64,000 nt of DNA from Trichoplax adhaerens. Taxonomy: Eukaryota > Animalia > Placozoa. This document shows positions 1-12,161 of the stretch, piece by piece. A model generated the notes under the pieces. The model worked only from the letters and a program-made list of their open reading frames with translations, had not been told where the DNA came from and ran no database searches. The stretch covers positions 7,507,684 to 7,571,683 of the forward strand of contig NW_002060945.1 of NCBI RefSeq assembly GCF_000150275.1. The letters run 5' to 3'. Both the position numbers and the translations under genes were made by a program. How positions within the stretch are numbered: position 1 is the stretch's first letter; every line of letters starts with the position of its first letter.

Positions 1-855
1 ATGTTATATACGAGTATACGTGTAATCCCTAGGCAGTAAAATTTGTTCTACTGTAATTCTATTGGACCTTCAATAGCGAATTTTACTGTCTATTTTGCTG
101 CCTTACTTGTGATAGTTTATGTTATATACGAGTATACGTGTAATCCCTAGGCAGTAAAATTTGTTCTACTGTAATTCTATTGGACCTTCAATAGCGAATT
201 TTACTGTCTATTTTGCTGCCTTACTTGTGATAGTTTATGTTTAATACGAGTATACGTGTAATCCCTAGGCAGTAAAATTTGTTCTACTGTAATTCTATTG
301 GACCTTCAATAGCGAATTTTACTGTCTATTTTGCTGCCTTACTAGCGATAGTTTATGTACTGTACTATATACTGTATAATAATTAATACGAGTATACGTG
401 TAATCCCTGGAACGAGATCAAGAATTTGAGCTTTCCTTTCCTTAGTCTACTTTATTTGGAAGGCCATGCCAAGCGCGATATCATACACACGTTAACGAGA
501 CATTAGAACTGTAACAATGAATCAGCTCTAGTACGAACATAACTTTAATACCCTATCCTAATGCACGTAAACATTTGTAGCATGTGATCTTAATCTAGTA
601 CCAGTAGATAAGCCGTAAATAGTATTGTACGATATCTAGGATTCCCCACGTTGTATGGCGGCGCGTACACTGCAAGGTAATAAGCAGAGTAGTTTACAAG
701 ACAGGCGATGTTAGGACAATCCCTAGGCAGTAAAATTGATTCTAATTCTATTGGACCTTCAATAGCGAATTTTACTGTCTATTTTTGCTGCCTTACTAGT
801 GATAGTTTATGTACTGTACTGTATATAATGAATGAATACTGTCCATGTAATCCCT
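1..855. repeat. 118-bp tandem repeat (about 3.4 copies, 1-408) plus a detached copy (718-855); each unit has an imperfect inverted repeat
   Basis: Near-identical units start at 1, 119 and 237. A further copy is bounded by AATCCCT at 718-724 and 849-855. TAGGCAGTAAAATT pairs with AATTTTACTGTCTA, and CTATTG with CAATAG. Confidence 0.92.
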
Positions 856-973
856 CTGCGATGATGATTTGTAGGAGATTGCTGCGATCGGCGGCATGAC
901 GACGCGTCAGGTTCTTTTTATCTCTGTGACACGCGTTCTTGTCAAGTCAACGCACGAGTCGTGCGCAGTAGAT

Positions 974-2796
974 ATGACCATATCAGCAGGCGTCATCTAC
1001 CAGTCTCTTCTTTTAGGTTAGAAAGACATTTTGGCTCAAGAGAGGCCTATGGACCTCAGTGAGATTTGGAAATGGATACTTTGGTTTTATGCTAATATTG
1101 AGCATTGAATTGGTTCTATTTTGTATTGGCTATTTACAGTATACCTGTGTTGTCAAGGGATACATTGATTATGATGTATTCCGAGTTCTTAGGAGAAGCA
1201 CTTGTAATACGGGCATTAGCTTGGATAGTGACCATTGGAATATCTTATTTTTTGGCCATTTTAATGATTGCAATGATATACGAATGCATAGATGCAGTTC
1301 AGCAAGGTATGGATGGTATAGAGTTCAATCAGTTGATGGGATTGCAGCTACGGAAAAGTGTATTATTTATTGCCTTCCTTGGAGGATAGGCTGTATACGT
1401 CATGAATATTTTTGTACAGTAATTGTGATGTTACTTCATTCCTGGGGTTGTGTTCATGAAAAGAATTTGAAACCAAGAAAAGTAGTTTAAAATATCTTAG
1501 TTGTGGTTACACTAGTTTTCTTTTACCTACGATAGAATTAAAATTGAATTTACTTCATGTTTTCTCTGACGTTACTGGTGAATTCAACTTGAAAGTAGAT
1601 AGATTGAAATATATTCTCCTAATGATGGCCACTTTAGTTTTCTTTTTACTTACAATACTAATATATTGAATAAAGTCATAGGTAATACGGCCAATCATTC
1701 AAAGGATGCAAATAATACCTTTCACCAATTAATGGTAGGAATCAAGATGGTTATTATTGAATACCTTGTTGATTAAGTAGACATCATTTTCTGCTTACTC
1801 TTTAAAATCCTTTTTAGACTGTTTATCAAAGTGAGAGATCAGAGTTTTTACGTGTAATTAAAGAGCAATCGATCGACGTGAACAAGGAAATGAGTCCATA
1901 CGGATTGTCTATTTTTCAAGTAGGTGGCTATATACGATTGCATTGGATAATGGATACCATTCCATTGCGTGATGATTAGACTTACTCTTTTTTTATACAT
2001 GTAGTGGTTATGCACTAAGCACGACGTCATAGCAATTCAATATTTAATAAGAGAGTGCCAAGGACAAGTTACAGCAAAGACTGCTTTAGGAGATACGTGT
2101 TTAATGCTGGCTTGTGCAGCTTATGCGACCAATCTCACGCGAAAATATAGGACTGTTGAATTGCTAATTATGGAAGGTAAAGTGATGCGGTACAGTCTGT
2201 AGGTAGATGGAGTTTTAACCTTTAAAAAATGAATGAAAGGACACCAAATCTGAAATAGAAATCGCATGTTTTGAACAAATCATCGCGGTTTTATATTGTA
2301 CAAAATTTGGCTAACTAGCAACATAGATATAAAGTTAATTATAACAATTAGACTATAGTTGTTATTCTTCTGGTATTAGCTACGAAAATAGGCGTATTCC
2401 TGTAAAAATCAAGGGTAAAAAAATCTTAAATGGATCATCATGATGTAGTACAATTATGGTTCGGTATTCATTTGAACTTATTTTCGTAATTATAATTTAG
2501 GTTGTGATGTTAACGCAAAAAATTGGACAAATGTAACGGCTTTGAATATTGCAACACGAATGAAAGATGGAAAATTGTGGAAAATATTATTTAAAAACGG
2601 TTGATTTATTCTTATCCAGCTATTTTATTATTAGTCAATAACTTTTATCTTCAATTTTAGTCGTAACGCTGTAGTAACTCCATGTATATTAGGGTCTAGC
2701 TCTAGCGGCTTATTTTTAACGCGGTATATCCTGTTGCTTTCACCATTTTTAGGTGCTGTAATTTCTTTGACGGCTTTAATGAAGTCGTCGAGATAA
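974..2796 (+). CDS. Small ankyrin-repeat protein (6 exons: 974-1016, 1682-1734, 1818-1919, 2005-2176, 2501-2599, 2753-2796)
   Basis: GT-AG joins keep the frame open. The product has ankyrin-like segments TAKTALGDTCLMLAC...VELLIMEGCDVNAKNWTNVTALNIA...KILFKNGA. Exons 1-2 are less certain. Confidence 0.7.
1049..1669 (+). pseudogene. Degenerate intronless multi-pass membrane-protein-like sequence inside predicted intron 1 of the ankyrin gene
   Basis: Hydrophobic segments (WFYFVLAIYSIPVL; ALAWIVTIGISYFLAILMIAMIY; YILLMMATLVFFLLTILIY) are spread over different frames with stops between them. No family recognised. Confidence 0.35.
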
Positions 2797-3673
2797 TTTA
2801 CCACTTCTGAAAAATCTATCCGAATTGGGGAATGCATTATGATAGATGTGATACGAATCATGCTATTAAAAGTGTTTAAGCAATAGCTTGTTACTACAAC
2901 TCTTCGACACTCTAGATATTTGTTGTTCAATTTATAAAAATTATTTGTTTCTTTACGATTTCTGCATCTTATAACAAAATATTTGCATGGTAGCCAAGTA
3001 TCGTAAGTTTGAATTGTAAAATATAAAGTAAACATTAGACAAGGAGAAAGAATATACGTATTTATTAGGTACTACAAAATTAGTCAAGCGCGTCATTTGA
3101 CATGAGATGCACAAATATCATCTCGAGCATAGCACTATCTTTGCATATTATCTGTACTGACGATTTTAATTGTATATTATTACCCTTGTCAGTTATTTAT
3201 GTAACTTTTCAGTCATAATTGACACTCTGCAGTTTCAGATTGTATAGATACACCAGTAATAAAATTTCACTCACTATCAAATTAAATGCTATCTTTCAGT
3301 CTACATAATAAAATCGCTCCACTATAATAATGCAAATTATCTATTAACACTATTCCATGCAAAAGCAAATGCAGTAGAAATAAAATTTACAAATGGCACC
3401 ATAGACTATCTTTAAATCAAATACAAGATTTCAAAAATAGCTTTTAGCAAATGTACACTCTATACTTTTACAGTAAATTACAGTATGATATAGATATGTA
3501 CACAGTTTGTATTATGAATATCTTACACTGGATTCGAAATATATTTGAAGAGCACTACAACATTGTTAAGGATAAAAATGACTATATTTATGATGGCAAG
3601 GGAGAAAGTCACCGCAAGAACTGGATGAATGAGACGTGGTAACGTTTTATGGGAGCTAATCGATGTAAGATTA

Positions 3674-5371
3674 TCACGACATTACTAGATTGCGGGGTTC
3701 GTTTAATCCAGGATCAGGTAAGTTTAAATTTTTCAATAATGAAGATAGCCAACGCTTTGTTGAGTTGTCTTCTTTTAAGAACATAGCGAAAGTATTATCT
3801 CTGAGTTGCTCTGGTAAGCATTGCCTCAGGGCTTCTTTAGCTCTGTTGACAAAAGTATCCAAGCATTAGCTATGAATATTTTAGGTTGGCTAATTTTAAT
3901 ATCAAAAGCAAGCAAGAATTCAAGCTTACCTAGAATTCTCCGATAAGCACAAGTAACATCGAACAACATGCTTGAGCAATCGAGCTGATGGTTCTTTGCC
4001 AAGAGCTGACACCATTTTACTCTAATTTATAATAATACTTCATTAAAAAGTTGATTTAATCAAGTATTCCATAGTAAATACAATTACAATGGATGGTAAT
4101 AAATTACTGTCCCAAAATTGTTTTCTTATAATAATTGATAGACAAATAATCTTACTAAAATCATGGCCACATGCGAAAAGCGTTCATATGTGTGACAGAT
4201 ATAAGCCAAGCCGATAGGGTCGACAAGAATTTTCTGAAGGATGAAGGTTGCTACAGTTTTTGACAGTTCACTTCCAATTTCCATTATTCGTAGGCATAAG
4301 GGAACAATTTCAGTGGATAGTAGAAAACTGGTTACGTCAGAGTCATCAGTCTGTTGATTAATTTTAGGTAGGGTATCCAAAAAAAAAACAACATTTTGGT
4401 GATAGTATCAGAATCAACCAACATTCATCTCACCCTATGCCAGGCGATCGATTTTATAAGCAACAGCAATAAGTATGTTACCTTAACTAATGCACCGATG
4501 ACACCTAAGCTGGTCAAACGTAAGTACTCAAAGGGCCTTGATTTAGTTGTGGTATGGAGGAAGGGATACAGGAAGAGCGGAATATGTGCTGTGTGGAGAA
4601 ACAAAGCTTTTCATTATTTGGACGTTTTAGAATTAATTGTTGCGAAGGTTACGATAATAACATTGCCTACGAACCTTCTAAAAATAGCGATCTTGTTTCA
4701 GGATGTGAAGCGATACACTGAAGAAGAGCTAATGCATTGCAAACGCGGTTGGACTGTGCAGCCTGAATCGCAAGAAACATTGCACAATTTTATATCAAAA
4801 ATGACGATTAAGTTAATGTATCTTATCTGATATTAAATTAAGTTTAAGCAATTCAAGACTCAACTTACTGTTAGAGTTGGTGGATTAACGTATGGATAAA
4901 TATCAACTACTTCTTGCACCAAAGCAGCCACAGTTCCTATAATTATGTAGAATAGAATAGAATAACGTATTCAGTAAGGCATGTTTTACGAAGCGGAAAG
5001 AAAAAGACTATATCAATATCCAATTTACCAAAAGAATGCCATATCAGTGGAGCAAGATTTTGTACACTTTCACGTCCTTTACTAAGTATTTGAAAAGTAT
5101 CAAAGGATCACATTATTGGTAGTTCTGATACATGTACTGTATGATTGGATTGTAACGTTGGTGAGAAAGGATAAATAATTTATATTATTCACCTTAGCTC
5201 TAGTAAGGCTTCTTGTCTAGCTTCTGAACTGGCTGGATTGGATAGATCCTGTACCAAGGAGTAGATTTTTTCCATTTCTGTTGCTTGTTGCCTAGGCTGT
5301 GACTGTTGTTGGTGTGCTTGCAACATTGACTGTTGTTGCGGTGATTGAGAAATAGCAGGCTGCTGCACCAT
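3674..5371 (-). CDS. CNOT9: CCR4-NOT complex subunit 9 (RCD1/RQCD1), 8 coding exons
   Basis: Spliced translation gives [81 protein letters not shown], matching RCD1. A probable 5'UTR exon ends at 6049 (CTACA|GTAAGC). Confidence 0.97.
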
Positions 5372-6224
5372 GTGAGGTAATGGAAAGCGCTAGAAGATGG
5401 CCATATATATATAGACATATTAGTCAAGGGATAAAATTGAAGGAAGAAATCAATCTGATTTTTACGAATTCTCCAATTTTGCTACAATTCTTCAATCGTC
5501 CATTTTTATGTGTACTGTACAGTATACTAAAGATGTGCTTGTAGTTGTACAAAGCATTGAGATTATTTATAGTTGATAATTTTTTCTCTACGTACGATGT
5601 CGAATAGAATATGTAGTTGGTGTGCAATATTGACTAGTGTAAACTATCCACTCTATTCAATCTGTTTTTTCTACGGGATTTAAAAACTTTTATTGTTGAT
5701 TTATTGTACTTACTCGTAGATAACCGATCTTAGAACGATTAGTAAATTATTTTTTCTATGCCAAGGTATACTAGTTAGAATATTGTGTTTGATATCGATG
5801 AATTAAGTAAGAAAATTAGCCATGTTGAACAAGAAATTTTGTACAAGTCCATTCAGCGAGAGCATTTTACTGTAGTTGACAAACATTTTAGAGCTATAAA
5901 AACAATGATGAACGAAATGTTCAAGCTAGAACCAACAACAGCTAGCTTGAAAGAGATATTTTATCGGTGGAAGAGATTAGGTGAATGTACTATGTAGGAT
6001 ATTCCTAGTTGTATATGAAAACATGGAGGAAAGCATTGCTCTGCTTACTGTAGAATCGTTTGACAAGTTGAAATCAAGTAGCGAAACACCGAACTTGTAC
6101 TCTGCCCGTCGGCGCAGTGCGTGTTGATGATGAAGCTTGTACTGTAGTCTACACCTAGACTATGTCCTCTTGGCTACCGCTTTGGTACGATACAGTATGG
6201 GCAGTACAGTATTTACTATCCAGT

Positions 6225-6840
6225 CTATCACCGTTAAGGATTATTGATGTAAAAAGAACATTTCCCCCAAAAAGGCCACATCAAGTGGTGACTGCAGTTG
6301 ATGGCATCCATGAGTGCCATTTTGAACTATGTCCTTTTTTACCCAGTTGTCTGATTGAAGCATTGAATCGAATGGAATAGTTGGAACTATTTGCCACACT
6401 ATTCATCTGTATGTTATGGTCAATTTGGTATAGCTACTGATGGAAGCAACACTTTCTCTAGTGTTGGACTGGATGTATGTACCGTTGTACTAAGCACAAC
6501 CCTATGGTAGCGCATTGCATCGCAACCTCCATTGGCCATTTTGATGATCCAATTTCAATCCGATGTAGCGATGGATTTTTTTGCTGTAGCGTGTTAAGTC
6601 TATTCTTCGATTATGATGAAATAGTACGACCTATCACTTCTGGTGTACTTGTATATTCTAGTAACATCAATAACCATATTATTGGTGACAAACCTGATAC
6701 ATCTTCACGCTTTTTTTTGGAACAGTTGGATTGCGATGTCTTGGATGCTAGTTTTAGTCTTCTTTCTTATTTCAAAGTTTGTCTGCAAGAGACTTGCGTT
6801 GTCTGCTACAGTCCACTGTCAAACTGGAATAACAGACGGT
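6225..6840 (+). mobile_element. Decayed hAT-superfamily (ZNF862-like) transposase fragment
   Basis: Motifs appear in the expected order across frames, broken by stops and shifts: PLRIIDVKR, FGIATDGSNT, NPMVAHCIA (cf. HCIAH), DVLDASFSLLS..LQ. Recognised by eye only. Confidence 0.45.
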
Positions 6841-6842
6841 AG

Positions 6843-7000
6843 CGTACAGTGTATAGAGACTGTACACTGTGCTGTCCAAGCGTACAGTGTACAGTACATG
6901 CAGTACAGTACATACTGTACAAGATATACTGTACAATGATCACCAGCAGTCCCAGTCTAAGACTCTACTGTACTGTATACGTACTGAACTGTACACAGTT
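6843..7000. repeat. TACAG/CTGTA-rich quasi-palindromic simple repeat
   Basis: Dense GTACAGT, TACTGTAC and ACTGTACA words. Confidence 0.8.
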
Positions 7001-7051
7001 ACACCTGTCGAAGGTTTGGTAGTAAAGTGCCTGTGTACTACAAATCATGTT

Positions 7052-7333
7052 TGCGTAGCAGAAAGTCTCTGCGTACTACAAATGGCGTATGCGTAGAAGA
7101 AAGTCTTTGCAACGACTGCAAATCATGAGTGCGTAGAAGAAAGTCTTTGCAACGACTGCAAATCATGAGTGCGTAGAAGAAAGTCTTTGCAACGACTGCA
7201 AATCATGAGTGCGTAGAAGAAAGTCTTTGCAACGACTACAAATCATGAGTGCGTAGCAGAAAGTCTTTGCAATGACTGCAAATCATGAGTGCGTAGCAGA
7301 AAGTCTTTGCAACGACTGCAAATCAAAGAGTGC
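7052..7333. repeat. 40-bp minisatellite, about 7 copies
   Basis: GCGTAGAAGAAAGTCTTTGCAACGACTGCAAATCATGAGT at 7091, 7131, 7171, 7211, 7251, 7291, plus a diverged copy near 7052. Confidence 0.95.
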
Positions 7334-7511
7334 ATCACTTTCAAAATTGAATGTTCAATTGCCAACAACGATCAGTCCCAAAAACAGACAAGTTCAATCG
7401 AATCCAGCTTTGCCCTAGTTTAGTGGCAGAATTCACTTTCATCTATAAAATAATGGTACTTTCTGCAAATGATGTTTTCGGATATTGTACGCCATCACTC
7501 CAATTTTGCTC

Positions 7512-7775
7512 ATACAGTACAGTAGCTAATGCCTCACATGTTGCATACTGTACAGTGTACAGTGTACAGTATTTTACAGTACAGTACAGTACAGTACTGT
7601 ACACCATAAAGTCACCTACAGTACTGTACGTACAGTACAGTACTGTACACCGTAAAGTCACCTACAGTACAGTACAGTACTGTACTGTACTATACGGTAC
7701 AATCGGAGCGGGATAGGTACTGTACGGTACCGTACTGTACTGTACTGCAAAGACATCAAGCTACAGTACACAGAC
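7512..7775. repeat. (TACAG)n/(CTGTA)n palindromic simple repeat upstream of CLP1
   Basis: Runs such as TACAGTACAGTACAGTACAGTACTGTAC and TACAGTACAGTACAGTACTGTACTGTAC. Confidence 0.9.
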
Positions 7776-7948
7776 CTGAGACTGCAGCTGCACCAGTCTC
7801 AAGCTGACCTTACTTTCACAATTATAAATGCTGTAGGCTAAAATTGAAAATTCCGATTGGAAATAAATAAAAATAATCACTTGGTTCACTTGGTTAGTCA
7901 GTTATTCAACTTGTTTTAAACGAGCCCTGACTAAAATCTTGTATAGAA

Positions 7949-10900
7949 ATGGCCTCCACCGGTGTCGATGTTACTCGTTCTAATGAAGATGAGGATGGTC
8001 TTGTTGAACAGCGGGTAAGTTGGAGTCAAAGTACTGTTGTGCACTGCAAAAGTGCACAACAGTAGCTTGAAATGATGTCCTACCGTAGTTGCAGTAATGT
8101 GCTCAACTGCTACATTCACTTTGAGTAAGGTAGAACGATGACAAGGTATCGAATTGTACAAAGTTTCCTTAATGATAAGAAAATGCTAAATTGACTTTTA
8201 TGGTATCAGATCAAAGCTCGAGCTGTAGCAAGTCTACCTGGGAAAGAGTATAAATTGGAAGCTGAGACAGAGTTAAGAATTGAAGTTCGAAGTGTTAGCG
8301 ATGCTAAAGTTATTGTAAGTTCTACCGATCCATAACATGCAGTACATTCTTGGTCTTAATTGTATTTGTGGCATTCAATATACTGTACATCAATAGAGTG
8401 ATATATGCTATATATGGCATAGCTCCAGACGCATGACTATCCAACATTTCCAATGACAACTTACAGTCCATAATGATGCAAATCATGTCAACCTTGTTAT
8501 GTACATTACAACATCACATACACGTATATTACTGATAATGATGACATATTCTAATTCAGCTTCTGCAAGGAAAAGCAGAAATATTTGGTTGTGAATTGGT
8601 CAGCGATAAAGTTGTGGATATGAGGAAACGGACTACATGTGCAGTATTCACTTGGCATGGCTGTACTATTAAAGTAAGATTAAATGAGTGTTGGTATGAT
8701 ATTACATACATAATCTTCATCTAACATCTGTATCGGTATGTAAAAAAGTCACATACTCGTATACGGTACAACTATTGATTGAGTAAGATTGAAGAGTATA
8801 TTTATCAATAGCGCACTAGTGCCTGTAATACAAGAAGAAATCGAGTCTTACGTGTAATGTAGTATAAATTGCCAAACTAATTATTCAATGAAAGGATAGA
8901 ACTGCGTCGGTTAAAGTTTAAAATACATCCTGTCATTGATTAATATTTATTAAGCAATGATCTTTGTGTAGATTATTCCTGAATCTGTTTATGCGTACGT
9001 TTCGGATAAGACTCCTATGCAATTCTATGTTAATTTACATGAAGCATTGGAACAACGTCGATGCAAGGCAGTCGAGAACAATACTGATGGACCAGTGGTA
9101 ATTTGACGTCAATTGTACTTTAGGCAACTTGACAATTTAATAGAATCAACATTAGTGACACAGTAAAAGGATTGAATTGTTGTTATATTTATATTACATA
9201 GTTGCTGTATAGCAGGTTCAAGTGCATTACAATTTTTTTGTAAGAGTTACTTTGATAATCGAGCAGCAATATACAGTATATCTTAGTTATACGGTAAAGG
9301 ATTGAATTATGCCTACTCTGGATCAAGCTGTTATCGTGTCGTGAATTCATAATACGATATCGATACTATAAGAATGCTTTATAGAATTTCGAAGATTTAG
9401 TCCGATGATAAAGTAGAATGGGCCATCGTACGACACAATTTGCTAACTAATTAAAATGGATATTATAATTTAAAGACTATGGTCATTGGTCCTACTGACG
9501 TAGGAAAGTCAACTCTATGTCGTTTACTACTTAATTACGCCGTTCGATTGGGACGATTACCGACATTCATAGATTTAGACGTTGGACAGGTATAAGATCT
9601 CTTAATGTTATCGGTTTAGATACTATATTATCTATATGCTGTGCATTTCTTGACTATATTTAGGGTATTGTTTCAATTCCTGGCACGATTGGTAAGTTGT
9701 TTAATTTTTAGGAACATTATTCAAAATTGCTTTTCAATCTAGCGTTAATAACACTGCACTACTTTTTACTTTTTGCCTAATTATAGGTGCGTTACATATC
9801 AATAGGACCATTACCGTATCAGATGGTAAAGATTTGTGAGGTTGCGCACCTTTTTATACAGCATGTTGATAAATATTTTTGATTGCTACATAATTGTTAG
9901 GGCTGGATGATTACCCATCATTAGTTTTCCATTATGGTAGTAATACCCCTTCAACTAATGTAAAGTTATACATGACGTTGGTATCACGACTTGCAGATTC
10001 TTTGCGAAAATATTGGGCTAATTTACCTTCAAGTACGGAGATGTTATGAAAAGCCCCACTTTAGCAGTTTTTAACAGTTATGACTTAACGGGTTATCATG
10101 AAATTTTTAGGGTGCCACAACGGCTGTATAATTAATACATGTGGCTGGATAACCGATGTTGGATATAAGATAATTGTGGATGCAGCCGAAACATTTAAAG
10201 GTAGCTGCTGTAAATTTAATATTGCTAGATATTGAATTGATTTAGCTTAGATATAAACTACTAAAGGTTATCCTGATGATAATTTCCTTCTGTTTTTGCT
10301 ACGTTTTAGTCGATCAAATTATCGTTCTGGACAATGAACGTTTATATAACGATTTAATGATTCACTTTGGTAGCAATGCGGAAATTGTCTTAGCCCCAAA
10401 ATCTGGCGGAGTATGTGTATTAGATTTAATAAATCATATATACCGGTAATTCATTTACTTGAACCTTAGGTAAACTTTGTTCTGTTAAATACTGAATTTC
10501 TTTCATAGGTTATAGAAAGGGCGCAAAGTACACGTGCTAATGCTCGTGCTTTACGCATAAAGACGTATTTTTACGGTGATGATAATAGCGGATATACTCC
10601 GCATGTTTACGAGCTTGCCTTTTCAGATATACAAATTTTTAAAGTTGGAGGTACACTACAATTGTCGTTTCTTAAGTCAACTTTGTATGTCAAATTCTTT
10701 AATAAACTTTACACGGGTTGTGCCTTAAATTACTTCTAGGCCCAAATCTTCCGACATCATGCCTGCCTCTAGGAATGAAACCTGAAGATGCAGCACTGAA
10801 ATTAATCAATGTAGTTCCTGGTATAGACATTTAAAGACATATTCAAAATTAGCATATGCGAATATGATATACTCCTGCATCGCCTTTATGTAATGATAGT

Positions 10901-11208
10901 CATTATTTCATCTACTTCTTAGAGAAATCATTAATACATAGAATTTTAGCTGTTAGTGCGGCTTTGTCAACGGATGAAGATATTGTTCAGACTGCCGTAA
11001 TTGGCTTTGTTTGTGTGTAAGTAGACATAAATTAGAAGACAGCTATTTTGTGGTATATCTCTATTTACGATTCATTCTATTGTTGCAATGTAGGTACGAT
11101 GTCGATGTTAATAGAAAGATATTAAAGGTTTTGTCACCTTCTCCTGGTGCTCTTCCTCGTCATATTTTAATTCTTAGCGATCTCAGCTTTTACGATATAC
11201 CTTCTTGA
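7949..11208 (+). CDS. CLP1: Polyribonucleotide 5'-hydroxyl kinase Clp1, about 14 exons
   Basis: Spliced peptides [22 protein letters not shown]-loop [54 protein letters not shown]. Confidence 0.96.
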
Positions 11209-12161
11209 TATTATTTTTCTATAAACGGGTATATCACTGATATGGTCCTTATGCACTTGTTAGCCAAGTATCTTGTACGCGTGAAATCTGCTTTGCAGAG
11301 TTGGCTGAACAATCATACCTAAAATTGTAGTTATTTGATAGGCAAACTACTGTATTTGATGTGTATCATAGTTCTTATATACCTCTAAATACTGCATGTT
11401 ACTGAAACGTATTATTCGCTAAGATATCATTTTACATTTTTAATATTTGTAACACGATACATCACGGTTATGGACCATTTTCAAATTTTGTTCACTTTAA
11501 TTTGTATCATACTTGAGGTACAGTACTATTTAGTGTAAAACTATGTCTAGATATTATTATCAAGCTAAAGTATCATCAATTATAATTATGGTTACTGTCA
11601 GTTATTGTGCCAAGAGTTAAGGCATATCTCTAATAATTATAATTTATTAATATTGTGAATAATGGTTTCTGTTACCGTTTAATATTGATACTAGACGTCG
11701 AAGCACTTTGAATTGATTCTAACAGCTAGGCTTTATTATTTGACTGAGGAGTAAACAATTAGACTCAGAATGATTTATAAGGCAACACAAAATGATATGT
11801 ATCCAATAACCGAAACAACGCCGACAATGTATAATTAATAAACCACTATTTGTTAATACATACATTTATCAGAAGCATAAAACACCAAATTTTTTTTTAG
11901 AGACTTTATATATCTTTGTAAAGCAACAAAGTCAAGCTTTCAGTGGTATAAGTATACACGAGTATATGTACATTCGTACATGCCAATTATATAAATCAGA
12001 TTTTTAATCATTCATGCATGATCTGCGCAAACTATTTTGCAATGATATGCGTATATGATTACTTTACATGTTGTATATCGCACAGTAATAGTAGAAGAAA
12101 TTGATAAAATTGCCAACGACAATATTATCGGCTGATTGTAGTATTAGAGTAAGTCGAAAAA

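Noticed and set aside
4396-4830. 144-aa + strand ORF (and similar ORFs 2631-3035, 22356-22580, 32140-32349, 35261-35479, 52239-52439)
   Set aside because: Antisense shadows of real exons or UTRs, with no recognisable domain.
5785-5997. 70-aa helical-looking ORF in the CNOT9 5'UTR intron
   Set aside because: Non-ATG start, no recognisable family and no supportable exon chain.
7052-7333. 40-bp repeat as a CRISPR array
   Set aside because: No unique spacers, no cas genes, eukaryotic context.
6869-7716. ORFs 6869-7096, 7351-7716 and 7443-7661 as genes
   Set aside because: Low-complexity YSTV/TVLY translations produced by TACAG repeats.
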